NCBI GenBank assembly: GCA_963981035.1
Contig: CAXCCF010000004.1
Span: forward strand, 1,891-65,890
Direction: 5' to 3'
Length of the DNA: 64,000 nt
Source of the DNA: an uncultured euryarchaeote
Lineage (GTDB): Archaea > Thermoplasmatota > Poseidoniia > Poseidoniales > Poseidoniaceae
The notes beneath the pieces are model-generated. The model searched no databases. It was not told the origin of the DNA and saw nothing but the letters and a program-made list of their open reading frames with translations. The translations under genes were made by a program, and so were the position numbers. Shown in pieces: positions 49,301-57,418 of this stretch (position 1 is the first letter of the stretch; each line of letters opens with the position of its first letter).

Positions 49301-52300
49301 TATCAAAGGCTATATCTCTAGCTGATAATGCGCCATACTTGAATGCCGCTCCAGCAGAGTTAGTAACCGTTCCAGACAAATCACCAGTAATATCCTTGAC
49401 ATAGTATACACCAGCGGATGTTTGTCCGTTAAGGTCCAAATTCAACAAATCAATAGAACCAGATGCAGATGTTCCCGCAAGTACACCGTATGTACCTCCT
49501 GAAACATCGAATCCATCTACTGCTGCTGCAGTCTGTCCAACTATTTCCATTCCAGAGTTTGTAGGGCTTGTGACCTCTACATTTTGGAAGTTACCAGCGG
49601 CAAATGCGCCACCGATTTCAACACCTGTGTCTGCACCAGTAATTTGTCCATCCTTGAATAGAGCTGTACCGGATTCACGGACATAGTTTCCTAGATCACC
49701 TGGGTCGTTACCACTGCGTGCAACAAAGTCCAATCGGTCTTGGTAGTTGTCAGCACGGTTGTGCAGAACATCCATCCAAAGTGTGACCTTGGTAATGTTA
49801 CTTGCTGAGATATCCACTGTAGGGAATGTCAAACGTGCACCTTGTCCAGCATTCATGTAGTATGAGTATGCGTAATCAAGACAGATGTTGTAGCTACCAA
49901 ACAATCCGTTATATCCTTCAGGTGGCTTGAATACACCTTGGCCTCCATGAGAGGAGGTGTAGTAGTATCCCCAGTAATGGTATGGGTAGTATGAAGCACT
50001 GCCTGTTGGAGTAACTCCATCGATGTTTTCCCAGTCAAATCCAAATTGTGGAGGTGAACTGTAGTAACCAGGATAGCCCGGGTTAGATTGAGGACCGCCT
50101 GGCCAATAATACCACAGGTAGTACATGTATCCATCTTGGGTAGCTGAATTCGGACTGTTAGGTCCGTATGAATAACCGTAGTAGTTACAGTTGTAGGACG
50201 GTGCTCCACCAACTCCACCATCATAGGCAGCAGCATAGCCACTACCAGATGCTGGGTCTGCAGCACTGTATGGGTAATATCCAAGATCTGCGGAATCAGT
50301 AATGTTCCAGGAGTTACCTGCGTCATCTTCCAACTCGATGTTGTATCGGTCAGTCATCATGTAATACTTGCTTGTTGCATAGTTGTATAGCGGGTGAGCG
50401 TTACCGCCACCATAGATACTGTTTGCACCAACTTGCAAGTAGTCACCTGTTCCTAGATATGTAGATAAGTCAATTCCGTATGTTTCCCAACCTGTTGCCT
50501 TGCCACTCAATAGAGTAGAGCGATAGATTGTTGGAAGTGACATTCCACCATATACGTCCACACCTACTGTGTTGTCAGTTGAAGTGAATCCATTGACTTG
50601 AGGTGCGCCATTGTAGGCTTGAATACCTACTGCTGCGTTCTTAACAATAATATTGTTAATGTTTCCACCAGCTTGTTCAACCCAAAGTGCTGTACCAGTG
50701 TTACCAGTATTGATGATTGAAGAATCATCAACTGAAATTGTACCACCATCTACCTTGACTGTAGCCATTTCATCAGATGATGCTGATGCACCATAGATAA
50801 GACCGTTATTCATCATGGTAAGTGTTGCACCATCGCCAACTAGTATTGCAGAGTTGGTTGTTGCATCTTGTGCAACATCACGAACTTCACCGCCATCAAT
50901 CTCTAATGTACCGCCATCTTGAATGTCAAGATGTAGGCCATAGGTTGAGGTCATTGCCTTTAGTGAACCAACTGCTCCAGTATCAACTGAAGTTGTTACA
51001 ATTAATTTACCACCATTGCTCAAAGTAAGAACTGGTGAATTTGTTGCTGAACTCTTAACCTTCATTACTGAACCTAGTAGTTCGATGGTACATCCATCAA
51101 GTGTTAGGTCAGCAGAAATGGTCATTGGTGTACTATCGAATGAATAGACACCTGAACCCACTGGAGATTCCATTACACTAAGAGTAGCGTTTTGGGCAAT
51201 CCATGCACAATCCATTCCAGCTTGATCGAAATCAACAGGTGCTGGTTCAAGAAGCAAATCAATGCTGCTACCGATGTTAAAGTCTCCAGAAGATGGATAC
51301 CAAGAATCAGCAGTCATTGTTTCATTCTGACCGGCAGGTCCGAAAGCACGAATGTTGTGGTCTGAATAGGTGTTTCCGTTAGAGTCACCTGTGACAACCC
51401 AAATGTTTGCTTGACCATTAGTATCAGTGAGGTGGGAACCAACTTCAAAGAGTTCGCTTCCGCTACCATCAACAACTGATGCTGAGACTGTGTGTCCAGA
51501 CTTCCAAACCTGAGTTTGCACAGGAGGAGTTCCAACCAAAGCCATTCGGTATGTTGCTGCTTGAGCAAGACCACCGAACCAGATAGTTGCTGAAGATGCA
51601 GCATCCCAGTCACAGTTTCCTGTGTCACCAGTATTATCTGCACAATCGTTTCCATCTTGTGTTACATCAATCAATGAGATCTGAGCATTTGTACTTGCCT
51701 TAGCAAGATAAATTGTCCCAGTACCTGCAGTTGTACTTGTAATTGTAGTTTCACCAACAGTCATCTTTGTGTTACGTGCATATAGAGCAGATGTAACAGA
51801 ATTTGTGTGAGTGATTGTACCATCAGATACTACAACTGTGTTAGGTGCTGCACTGCTTGAACATGAACTGTATACGAGTTCTGCATTTAGTGCATCAGCA
51901 TTGACATTCCATCCACAACCAGACAATTGGAATGTTCCAACTGCAAAGTTAGATAGTTCAAGTTGATCGGTTGTTATTGCATTTCCATTGATACTTACAT
52001 CGCCTGCATTAATATCTGTAAAGATACTTGGATGCATACGATTCATCTGAATGTCACCGGATGTTAGTGTGTCAATAACTGCATTTGCACCAGAAGGTCC
52101 AGCTGCAGTACTTGATGCACCACCAGGAGTAATTGCTAGATTAGCACTTCCTAGATCAACATCAATCATGCTAATCGAACCGATTGCGTCAATTGATGCA
52201 GAACTGTAAGCATCAGCATCAAAGTTGTATAGAACAACTTCTGAACCTGCTCCAGCATCTGAACCGATTGCCTTTCCAGTTTGTCCACTCGCTGTGGTTG

Positions 52301-55300
52301 CTGTAACGTTAGATACGGTAACCATTGAGAAATCAACATCAATTAGGTTCACATAGGAATTAGTAATTGTTGTATTCTCTAAGAATAGTGCACCTGCAGT
52401 TGAACCTGCTGATGAACCATCTGCGACAACAATCGCTCCACCCCAGGAATTTCCTGCGGTGTTACAATCCTTCATTGAACCTTCAGTCAAAGTTGCAACA
52501 GTGTCTTCTGCGAAGTTGAAACATGCTGTGTTAGATGTACTTCCTTCAACGCTGAATCCATTCATTGTTACTACGGTACCTTGTCCGCTACCATGCTCGA
52601 AAGCTACAGCGACATTCTTGAAGGTAACTTCACTCATTGTGAAGTTTCCAACAGGTGCATTAGTTGATGGCGTTGAGCCATGACGGCTTCCTGCTGCAAT
52701 TGCTGCTTCAGAGGTATTAACGAAATCAACGTATGAGAACTGGTGGCGGTCATCAGTTCCTGTAGAACAAGAATCTGTGAACGCTATTCCTTTCCATGTT
52801 GCTCCAGCCTGACCTTCGATCTTGATGTGGTCTGTTACGTTTCCATTAGCTGTTAGTGAATCACAAGCGCCGTCAAAGGAAATACCCTTTCCGGATGCGA
52901 CTTGGATTACTACACCAGGCTCAATGTTCAAATTAGCCGAGATTGACAAGTAGTCATTCGATGGGCTAATTCTAATTGGGCTGTCGGAAATATCCCAAGT
53001 TGTGTCTACAGTAATATCGGACTCAACATCAGTACCCTTTCCTTCAAATGGCATTGTACGGTAATATACACCACAGTCAACAGATGTTGTCTTGTAACAA
53101 TAGTATGAACCATATCCACCATAGTTTGGTGCAAGAGTATTTGTCTTGACATAGTAATTATTACTTGGCATTTCAGGAGGTACTGCGTAATATGAACCCA
53201 TACTTCTGTAAGTACTTGTACTGCCAGAATTAATCAGCTGCATAATTCCTTGACGGCTGATATGGATTCTATCATTACTGTCTGAACCATTGAATTCTGT
53301 ACCAAAGTATTCGAATGCGAATCCTTCAGGGATGTCAATGTTTGCTGCACACTTGGCCTTGTAGTTGTTGAAGTAATATGCGCAATAATATGCAGACGGG
53401 TTACCATTTGAAGCACCTGTTAATGCTGCTTGTGCATTAGCCAAGCCCTTTATTCCAAGGTCAAAGGTCTCATGACCGTTTGACGTAGATGATGTAGAAA
53501 TACGGTAGTTGTTAGAGAAGATGTTAGCACCTGCGGTGTAACTTCCTGAACCAATACGCAGAGTTTCTCCCTTTGTACGTGTACTATCTTGATATCCGGT
53601 CATCATATAATCGAAGTAGAATCCACAATTTGTATCATATTTGAACTCAACTTCATTAGTGACGTCATACATTACTACTTGGTAAGTACAAAGGTAACTG
53701 TTTGTGTATCCCATGTCTCTCCATTCAATAATTAACATCTTGTTAGGGTCACCAACTTCGAATGAGTTTGTTGCTGAAGTTACTGAGTTAATGCCTGAAG
53801 ATGCTGTACTAGTATCTTCTGCAGTCATGTAATATTCATATGAATTTCCACGCTCAAGGCCTGCAATTTCATAACTCCATGTACAAGCAGAATCAGCACA
53901 TTGTGCTCTTGTTTTACCAGACTGTTGTGTCATTGAACCGGATGTCCAAGTTGTTGTACCGACTTCACGGTAATACAATGTAGGACCTACTCCGGCAGCT
54001 GTACTGACATTCAATCCAGCTGGTGGATCTCCTGCATCAGTAAGTGTTACGGAAACAGTTCTGTCCTTACTGTGGGAATCAGCAAGTGCTGTATGATCCA
54101 TAGTAGGTGCAAAGGTATCTGGTTGAGGTGCAACCAGTCCAACCTTATACGTTACAGTACCTGTAGATGCTTGTTGTCCATAGTATCCTACTGACATTGC
54201 AAATCCAGACCATTTGTAGGTAGTGATACTTTGGTATGCTCCGAAGTAATAGTATGCAGAATTACAGCGACCTGTTCCAGAATATGTTCTGTAGAAGTAA
54301 TACGCTCCGTTATCTGTTACACAAAGCATGTTAGCAGATGTTGTGCTTCCTGTTGCATTGAAATTGAATTTACCAAATGAACCAGTGAAACCGCCTGGGA
54401 TCGCGATTTTGTAGGCTTTATTGTATCCATATCCAGATGAATAGGTTGCTGAATCTCCACCAGACAAAGCCTTGTCGATTGTTAGAGAAGTGCTTGATGT
54501 TGCCTTATCTCCAAGACCGACCATTGCCCATGCGTTAGAAGAACTGTCATACAGCATAATCAAACTGTATTGTGGTCCATTCTTTGCTGCAATTGTGAGG
54601 TATCCGTTGTCATCCTTGTGAAGTTGGTCAATTCCTGAACGTGTTCCACCAATTCCATTGTAACCAGTTGATGGAGCAGTTGTCCACTGTGTAAGCCAGT
54701 TAGCATAGAAATAGTAGGAAGTTGTATAGAAACATGATTGTGTACCTGTACCACAACTTGATGTGTCAAATTCGAATACGTATTCGTCACTTCCGTCGTA
54801 GTAGGTCATTTGACGATCAAGGACATTTGGATAGTTATATCCTCCGCCACTTACGTCAGTTGTTAGAACAGTCATTTTCTTTGTAGTTCCTGCATCAACA
54901 ACATCTTCTACTGCAAAGTAGTAAGGTGTCGGAGTTGTTTGTGAACCAGTTGTTGCAGGCTCATATCCAACGTTAGCACCGTTGCTTCCTTGGTTTAGAT
55001 CTTGGAACTTCCAGTAGTATTCAAGGTAATCACCTGCATCTACTGAAGGTGTTGTAGCCTTGAATCTGCAATTTGAAGAAGTTGAAGAACAAGTTCCGAT
55101 AGAAGTAGCGGATACGCTGGACCATGTTCCATTATTCATAGAATAGTGTAGAGTAGGTCCATTAGCGGATGTTGTATCAATACCAGACATATCTGAAAGA
55201 GTTGTAAAGAATGTTCTTGGCCCTTCATGATAAGAAGTAATTCCAGAATATGGTGCGAAGTCAGCTGTAGGTGCATCTGCATCTGTACCACCTGAGTAAA

Positions 55301-56873
55301 CTATTTGGATATAGGAGTTAGATGAACCACCTGTGTACGCGTAAGTATATGCGTAAACGTTTGACATCATTCTTGCTCCCAATCCGACAGTACCACTATT
55401 GGTTTGAGCGGATGTAATGTATCCTGCTGCTGTCGAAGAAGAACATGTTGTAGCTGAAGTACAAATTTCTGCTGTCTTCCATCCAGTTCCTTGGCTGTAA
55501 GTATCATAAGATGCGGAGTTCCAAATTGAGGATTGCATCTTTCGTGCTTGTGTTCCACCGTAGTTCACACCCAATGTTGAGCTAAATGCTCCTGAACATG
55601 ACGCAGTAGATACCGCGTGATTCCACTTAGGGTCAGTACCACATTGTTCCATCACTGTTGCTGTAAGGGATGAGGTTGAACTGCTACCATATCCATAAGA
55701 AATATATTGCTTCCACTTGATTGAATCAATAGTAGCACCAGACGGTAATGCATGGTTGCTTGTGAATGTGTACTTGTTCCAAGGCAGATAGTATATTGTG
55801 CTGTAGTATCTGTAAAGGTAGCGGTAAGATGAACCGTAACAGTATGCGTAGTATACGTAACAATATCCACCATTATTGGATGTGACCTTAATTGTAGGGT
55901 CAATAGCTAGTGGGAAGACTCTGTCTTCTGAAAGTAACCAATCTGTATCAACAGCAGTGGTCAAAACGATCAAAGAGCCATATGCTTGTACAAAGTATGT
56001 AGCAACATATGGTTCCTCTGCGTTTTCTTCAATTACCATAGGAACTGGGAATGAAACTAATAATTCACCGGTTTCTGTGTTACGTACTTGAAGTTCTTCT
56101 TGAGTTTGTGTGATTGCCTCGTCAACGAGAGTGTCACCAATGTATAGAGAATATCCAGCAGGCAGTTGTACTGCTTCTGAAAATCCTAACCAGGCTGCAT
56201 TAGGCTGAAGCACAGGGCGCTCGCGGATTACGAGGTTCTGCTTCAATTGTGATGACTCGACTGTGTAATCCAAGTCAAAACCTTGTGCTACTGGGTATCG
56301 AATAACATTTCCACCGACAGTTGGAGCCTCGTTAGAAGGTTCAACCATTAATGGCATTGGCGCCTCACCTGATTCATCAATGGTTACAACTGTTGGGTTG
56401 ATACCGGTGATGATAGGATCGACGAATTGACTGGTTTGAACTCGGACTCCACCAGCAACTTCTGCAGCAAATTCTGCTGTGAAGGTGTTCTTGGTGACTT
56501 CCCAGCCGTTTGCTGTTGCAACGACGTTCAAGTCAATTTCATCCCATACTCCATCGTCTTGAAGGTAGTTGATTGGCTCGTTAGCAATTAACTGAGCAAT
56601 CTTACCATCTTCTGTGACGTAAGCTTTGGTCATTTGGTCTCTCATTCCCTTGAGCTCAAGGGCTTGGTCATATTCATAGTCTGTGTCTTCAATGGTATCA
56701 GGTAGCTTGAAGAAGTCTTCTGACTCTTCAGTAGCGTCAACGAAATCAATTTCGCCAACGTTATTTGTTACGAATCCACTCATTGGCATTAACGCCATAA
56801 GCAGACACAGTAACAGTGCCACTCCAATTCCACCAAGGACAGACTTTTGTGTTGTTTTCTTTGTTCCCAACAT
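43311..56873 (-). CDS. Giant surface protein / putative adhesin (4,520 aa): signal anchor, DNRLRE-like N-terminal region, many right-handed beta-helix (PbH1-like) repeats, Tyr-rich segments, cadherin-like VNDAPV modules, PGF-CTERM-like TM anchor, then an in-frame pilin-like module
   Basis: Uninterrupted 13.56-kb ORF. ATG 56873 has GAGGTGA 7 nt upstream. Signal GGIGVALLLCLLMALMP. ISGNTF(T/N)...ISGNTINGAQEGI...IDNNTINGVG beta-helix repeats (about 47700-48290). FTVDNVNDAPVI / SPVNDAPVIL (about 45085-45520). TM SIIAVSLAGIFVSALAL. Confidence 0.8.
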   Translation of the reverse strand: MLGTKKTTQKSVLGGIGVALLLCLLMALMPMSGFVTNNVGEIDFVDATEESEDFFKLPDTIEDTDYEYDQALELKGMRDQMTKAYVTEDGKIAQLIANEPINYLQDDGVWDEIDLNVVATANGWEVTKNTFTAEFAAEVAGGVRVQTSQFVDPIITGINPTVVTIDESGEAPMPLMVEPSNEAPTVGGNVIRYPVAQGFDLDYTVESSQLKQNLVIRERPVLQPNAAWLGFSEAVQLPAGYSLYIGDTLVDEAITQTQEELQVRNTETGELLVSFPVPMVIEENAEEPYVATYFVQAYGSLIVLTTAVDTDWLLSEDRVFPLAIDPTIKVTSNNGGYCYVYYAYCYGSSYRYLYRYYSTIYYLPWNKYTFTSNHALPSGATIDSIKWKQYISYGYGSSSTSSLTATVMEQCGTDPKWNHAVSTASCSGAFSSTLGVNYGGTQARKMQSSIWNSASYDTYSQGTGWKTAEICTSATTCSSSTAAGYITSAQTNSGTVGLGARMMSNVYAYTYAYTGGSSNSYIQIVYSGGTDADAPTADFAPYSGITSYHEGPRTFFTTLSDMSGIDTTSANGPTLHYSMNNGTWSSVSATSIGTCSSTSSNCRFKATTPSVDAGDYLEYYWKFQDLNQGSNGANVGYEPATTGSQTTPTPYYFAVEDVVDAGTTKKMTVLTTDVSGGGYNYPNVLDRQMTYYDGSDEYVFEFDTSSCGTGTQSCFYTTSYYFYANWLTQWTTAPSTGYNGIGGTRSGIDQLHKDDNGYLTIAAKNGPQYSLIMLYDSSSNAWAMVGLGDKATSSTSLTIDKALSGGDSATYSSGYGYNKAYKIAIPGGFTGSFGKFNFNATGSTTSANMLCVTDNGAYYFYRTYSGTGRCNSAYYYFGAYQSITTYKWSGFAMSVGYYGQQASTGTVTYKVGLVAPQPDTFAPTMDHTALADSHSKDRTVSVTLTDAGDPPAGLNVSTAAGVGPTLYYREVGTTTWTSGSMTQQSGKTRAQCADSACTWSYEIAGLERGNSYEYYMTAEDTSTASSGINSVTSATNSFEVGDPNKMLIIEWRDMGYTNSYLCTYQVVMYDVTNEVEFKYDTNCGFYFDYMMTGYQDSTRTKGETLRIGSGSYTAGANIFSNNYRISTSSTSNGHETFDLGIKGLANAQAALTGASNGNPSAYYCAYYFNNYKAKCAANIDIPEGFAFEYFGTEFNGSDSNDRIHISRQGIMQLINSGSTSTYRSMGSYYAVPPEMPSNNYYVKTNTLAPNYGGYGSYYCYKTTSVDCGVYYRTMPFEGKGTDVESDITVDTTWDISDSPIRISPSNDYLSISANLNIEPGVVIQVASGKGISFDGACDSLTANGNVTDHIKIEGQAGATWKGIAFTDSCSTGTDDRHQFSYVDFVNTSEAAIAAGSRHGSTPSTNAPVGNFTMSEVTFKNVAVAFEHGSGQGTVVTMNGFSVEGSTSNTACFNFAEDTVATLTEGSMKDCNTAGNSWGGAIVVADGSSAGSTAGALFLENTTITNSYVNLIDVDFSMVTVSNVTATTASGQTGKAIGSDAGAGSEVVLYNFDADAYSSASIDAIGSISMIDVDLGSANLAITPGGASSTAAGPSGANAVIDTLTSGDIQMNRMHPSIFTDINAGDVSINGNAITTDQLELSNFAVGTFQLSGCGWNVNADALNAELVYSSCSSSAAPNTVVVSDGTITHTNSVTSALYARNTKMTVGETTITSTTAGTGTIYLAKASTNAQISLIDVTQDGNDCADNTGDTGNCDWDAASSATIWFGGLAQAATYRMALVGTPPVQTQVWKSGHTVSASVVDGSGSELFEVGSHLTDTNGQANIWVVTGDSNGNTYSDHNIRAFGPAGQNETMTADSWYPSSGDFNIGSSIDLLLEPAPVDFDQAGMDCAWIAQNATLSVMESPVGSGVYSFDSTPMTISADLTLDGCTIELLGSVMKVKSSATNSPVLTLSNGGKLIVTTSVDTGAVGSLKAMTSTYGLHLDIQDGGTLEIDGGEVRDVAQDATTNSAILVGDGATLTMMNNGLIYGASASSDEMATVKVDGGTISVDDSSIINTGNTGTALWVEQAGGNINNIIVKNAAVGIQAYNGAPQVNGFTSTDNTVGVDVYGGMSLPTIYRSTLLSGKATGWETYGIDLSTYLGTGDYLQVGANSIYGGGNAHPLYNYATSKYYMMTDRYNIELEDDAGNSWNITDSADLGYYPYSAADPASGSGYAAAYDGGVGGAPSYNCNYYGYSYGPNSPNSATQDGYMYYLWYYWPGGPQSNPGYPGYYSSPPQFGFDWENIDGVTPTGSASYYPYHYWGYYYTSSHGGQGVFKPPEGYNGLFGSYNICLDYAYSYYMNAGQGARLTFPTVDISASNITKVTLWMDVLHNRADNYQDRLDFVARSGNDPGDLGNYVRESGTALFKDGQITGADTGVEIGGAFAAGNFQNVEVTSPTNSGMEIVGQTAAAVDGFDVSGGTYGVLAGTSASGSIDLLNLDLNGQTSAGVYYVKDITGDLSGTVTNSAGAAFKYGALSARDIAFDSVSIANNAIGIETAGTGTITMTDVTLGNTKDVVITGSAAVDFIEGTVDSNSVEVTGSGLFTRMRELAVTLTADTNVVSGATVNLLDASGAAAGTGITDSSGQVSGLTFTTITVDSSGITVPSLAGYEVSTVAKIAYYYTSSSNNLMDFRYAFHAATLTDASGNSESVDLVDQITDRVCYGFSSTSYAMVAQCSGSLSTAGSRNVDTDGDGVNDGKEYGYYGGIAKDMSSKTVMIDVPFMYLNGGNDYSFNGSTLLATGGYTYYDTQRWYPKSPYGSSFYMVDGEMYSMMTNPDTGSPMGVELGYFYYTMNFIIDNSTLSGLSTITASNGYKSAWYSYNWEIEETSITNNEITHFRGYTELNNAVQYSDICIALGGGDGGVISGNTFTNCAVGVMTQRSPYYSYHTVDYIGADNLTISGNTFNDGGEIADVWIYRNAHSDDTVISGNTFNSNGGSGTAIAQYAGKNLRTEISGNTINGAQEGITVTSGVEFVIDNNTINGVGESAHAGIVIDGGQGDVTNNTLIDSDGGIVLDSMSQPPAPSSSLCTIRSYDYSYSKTCTFTLGSGKTLSVDLETDSWGGEIGIEITLPDGTKDTWAAGSFSSNTGYTPLKIYTDAGSYTIKVTDTYGDGGANIYALEAAGGAGYSGPDISGNSIGLSAGRLSPNAIGISAVDCASVTINSADNTITLSDNAIVLENCDLVDDGSILSGDSSTSTSGINSADGVNTVTLDGTTVSGYDTGVDMPSGTLNLMGDASLAGDSYGVHATDTTVIAINAAVDGGTSGTGLYVEDSPEVWVYPLDASGDVGVHVVNSPFRWDGGVADATTALKVDDSVGSVENMTWTSSTTQIDAGANAYVTSIGNSLDDQKLIVDTTATIDEANLFSMDSTHLTATPANEVALLIKSTDGTRASYVSTSFQPENMVVDGDDSDWNGGNALNPSGYAMPGVMSGDGTNDMSVTYIEGDNLYFGLTGEDLTNSDLLIYISTDGSGSTTGYNGMGGAHTLPVPANYVLWADSDSSYDLYSYGFLGWGPTTLSQDAVSVDFSGNFAEISIPFSRMGGTPSQIDVVAIVQGESTADVSTVHPTQTIDSGNTLQSFSEYITVELTHDDLLTGSIADEVLVYRTYKGSSTPSVAKDYDVMIKTSADCAYDWAVTEDLSMATNANVNLDMERACPVVGASLADITVDEDSGAYTFSLTNMADDVQDDEASMSWTSASSNVVAHDNVLVDWNQNGHQVTITPLDNQFGIMTYSFEVTDSNGLTDSKNITFTVDNVNDAPVICNIDEANCMPLFSEDELYNNILPEGFGSHTKFLGDVSNATRSYIRDMANEQSPTRQVYTWGASVPTTCIAFSAEVNAINELVLSENTNNELGGTCTVSLTLSDDGAENQEATVFDVDFSVSPVNDAPVILDWNASMTDDEGRTVSVNPDNGSVNSIPWKLSVMEDDTNAENLTFSLAAMKNDVDHNDADLTWQIESTDQCVYGNYFEATIVGDDLVLDLVPDATTNGFDWEIDYLNDNGIHQIGPTGSDYCQIRLVLRDTASAPSYVPNYDTALMPIADYAQGVATQEIGVRVERVRELVADYGFSGDTGFNFNGVTNIMTGTYVPTTIDVTAGGDEGPYTYDHMLAITFHTDGHSEVEQTRYYAVPAYGTSVSITEDVYITKDTTNVWVEMDVKTCLANPCDILAPSADRFQTDTPASHRSNNQGQQGADWSKPGQYGSNATQTSERRPLLEDSNWCNNMMSSLETAATCAHANQPSSTFEASGQNLPTVVGTIGAGAVPSFAPSIIAVSLAGIFVSALALSGRRDEDEEEMEATIVEDELAVSPVIATILMVAITVVLSGVIYVWASSLAETDVKGVPRVTFDIEDINGSDADDGHWRISVRQSETDLATQAVEVRIMYTDASGSVATYTANLADTNDVYGFNPANSDAFVTFVDQVNKEGTRSVSTFNTGDEVYVRTHAPDGTPLEDVTITLKYAPANAQGAVLKEWTGLAYNLKA
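43314..43874 (-). other. Archaeal type IV pilin-like module (class III signal peptide + DUF1628-like globular part, 187 codons), in frame with and possibly separable from the 4,520-aa ORF
   Basis: From the internal ATG (43874-43872): MEATIVEDELA|VSPVIATILMVAITVVLSGVIYVWASSL... followed by ~145 beta-rich residues. The purine-rich GATGAGGATGAGGAAGAA directly upstream is SD-like. Confidence 0.6.
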
Positions 56874-56880
56874 AGGTCAT

Positions 56881-56887
56881 TCACCTC
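56881..56887 (-). promoter_or_regulatory. Shine-Dalgarno-like GAGGTGA for the 4,520-aa gene
   Basis: GAGGTGA lies 7 nt upstream of ATG 56873. Confidence 0.5.
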
Positions 56888-57331
56888 ATACGGACTGTAT
56901 GCAAAGCATGGCAGGTTTTGAAACACTTATGAGGGTTGGGGTACATGTTCTTTGAATACTTCATTATTTACACCAGCAACAATCAATATACTGCGCCCCG
57001 ATTTGTACCTTTCAGTGGTACATTCTTTTTGTAAATGTTATTTTTATTATATACTTAAACAAAAATAGATACTTTTTCCGGAAAAAAGCAACAAATAATT
57101 GTTCAAAAAGTATGAATTTGGAATAATTTGAGCATTCGAAAAAATACCGCGCCGGAATGATTCCAAATTATTACAATTTTAATAAAAATATAATAATTCA
57201 AGAATTGGATATCTAGAAGAGATGAATGTTGAATAACTGAAATCATTGATCATCAATATTATTGAAAAATTCCTGAAAAAGAATCCCACTACATCGCCTC
57301 ATTAGCTGGGATAGAATATATGAGAAAAGGG

Positions 57332-57363
57332 GCCAAGAGAGCCGCCTCAGCGGCTCTCTTGGC
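57332..57363 (-). terminator. Perfect GC-rich hairpin (14-bp stem GCCAAGAGAGCCGC, 4-nt loop) followed by CCCTTTTC on the minus strand
   Basis: Lies 56 nt downstream of the 1,042-aa gene stop. It is the only GC-rich element in a very AT-rich spacer. Confidence 0.6.
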
Positions 57364-57418
57364 GGTTAGACATTGCCCGCAGGCTAATGTTTTGATTCGA
57401 TTGATACTAAGTCAAAGA

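Noticed and set aside
49853-50326. 157-aa alternative-frame ORF inside the giant gene, and similar ones (43248-43667 plus strand, 44914-45300, 51314-51655, 58056-58499, 61008-61727, 61570-62103).
   Set aside because: These are low-complexity translations produced by the biased codon content of the real long ORFs (Tyr/Thr/Ser/Gly-rich). They have no start context and no recognisable domains.
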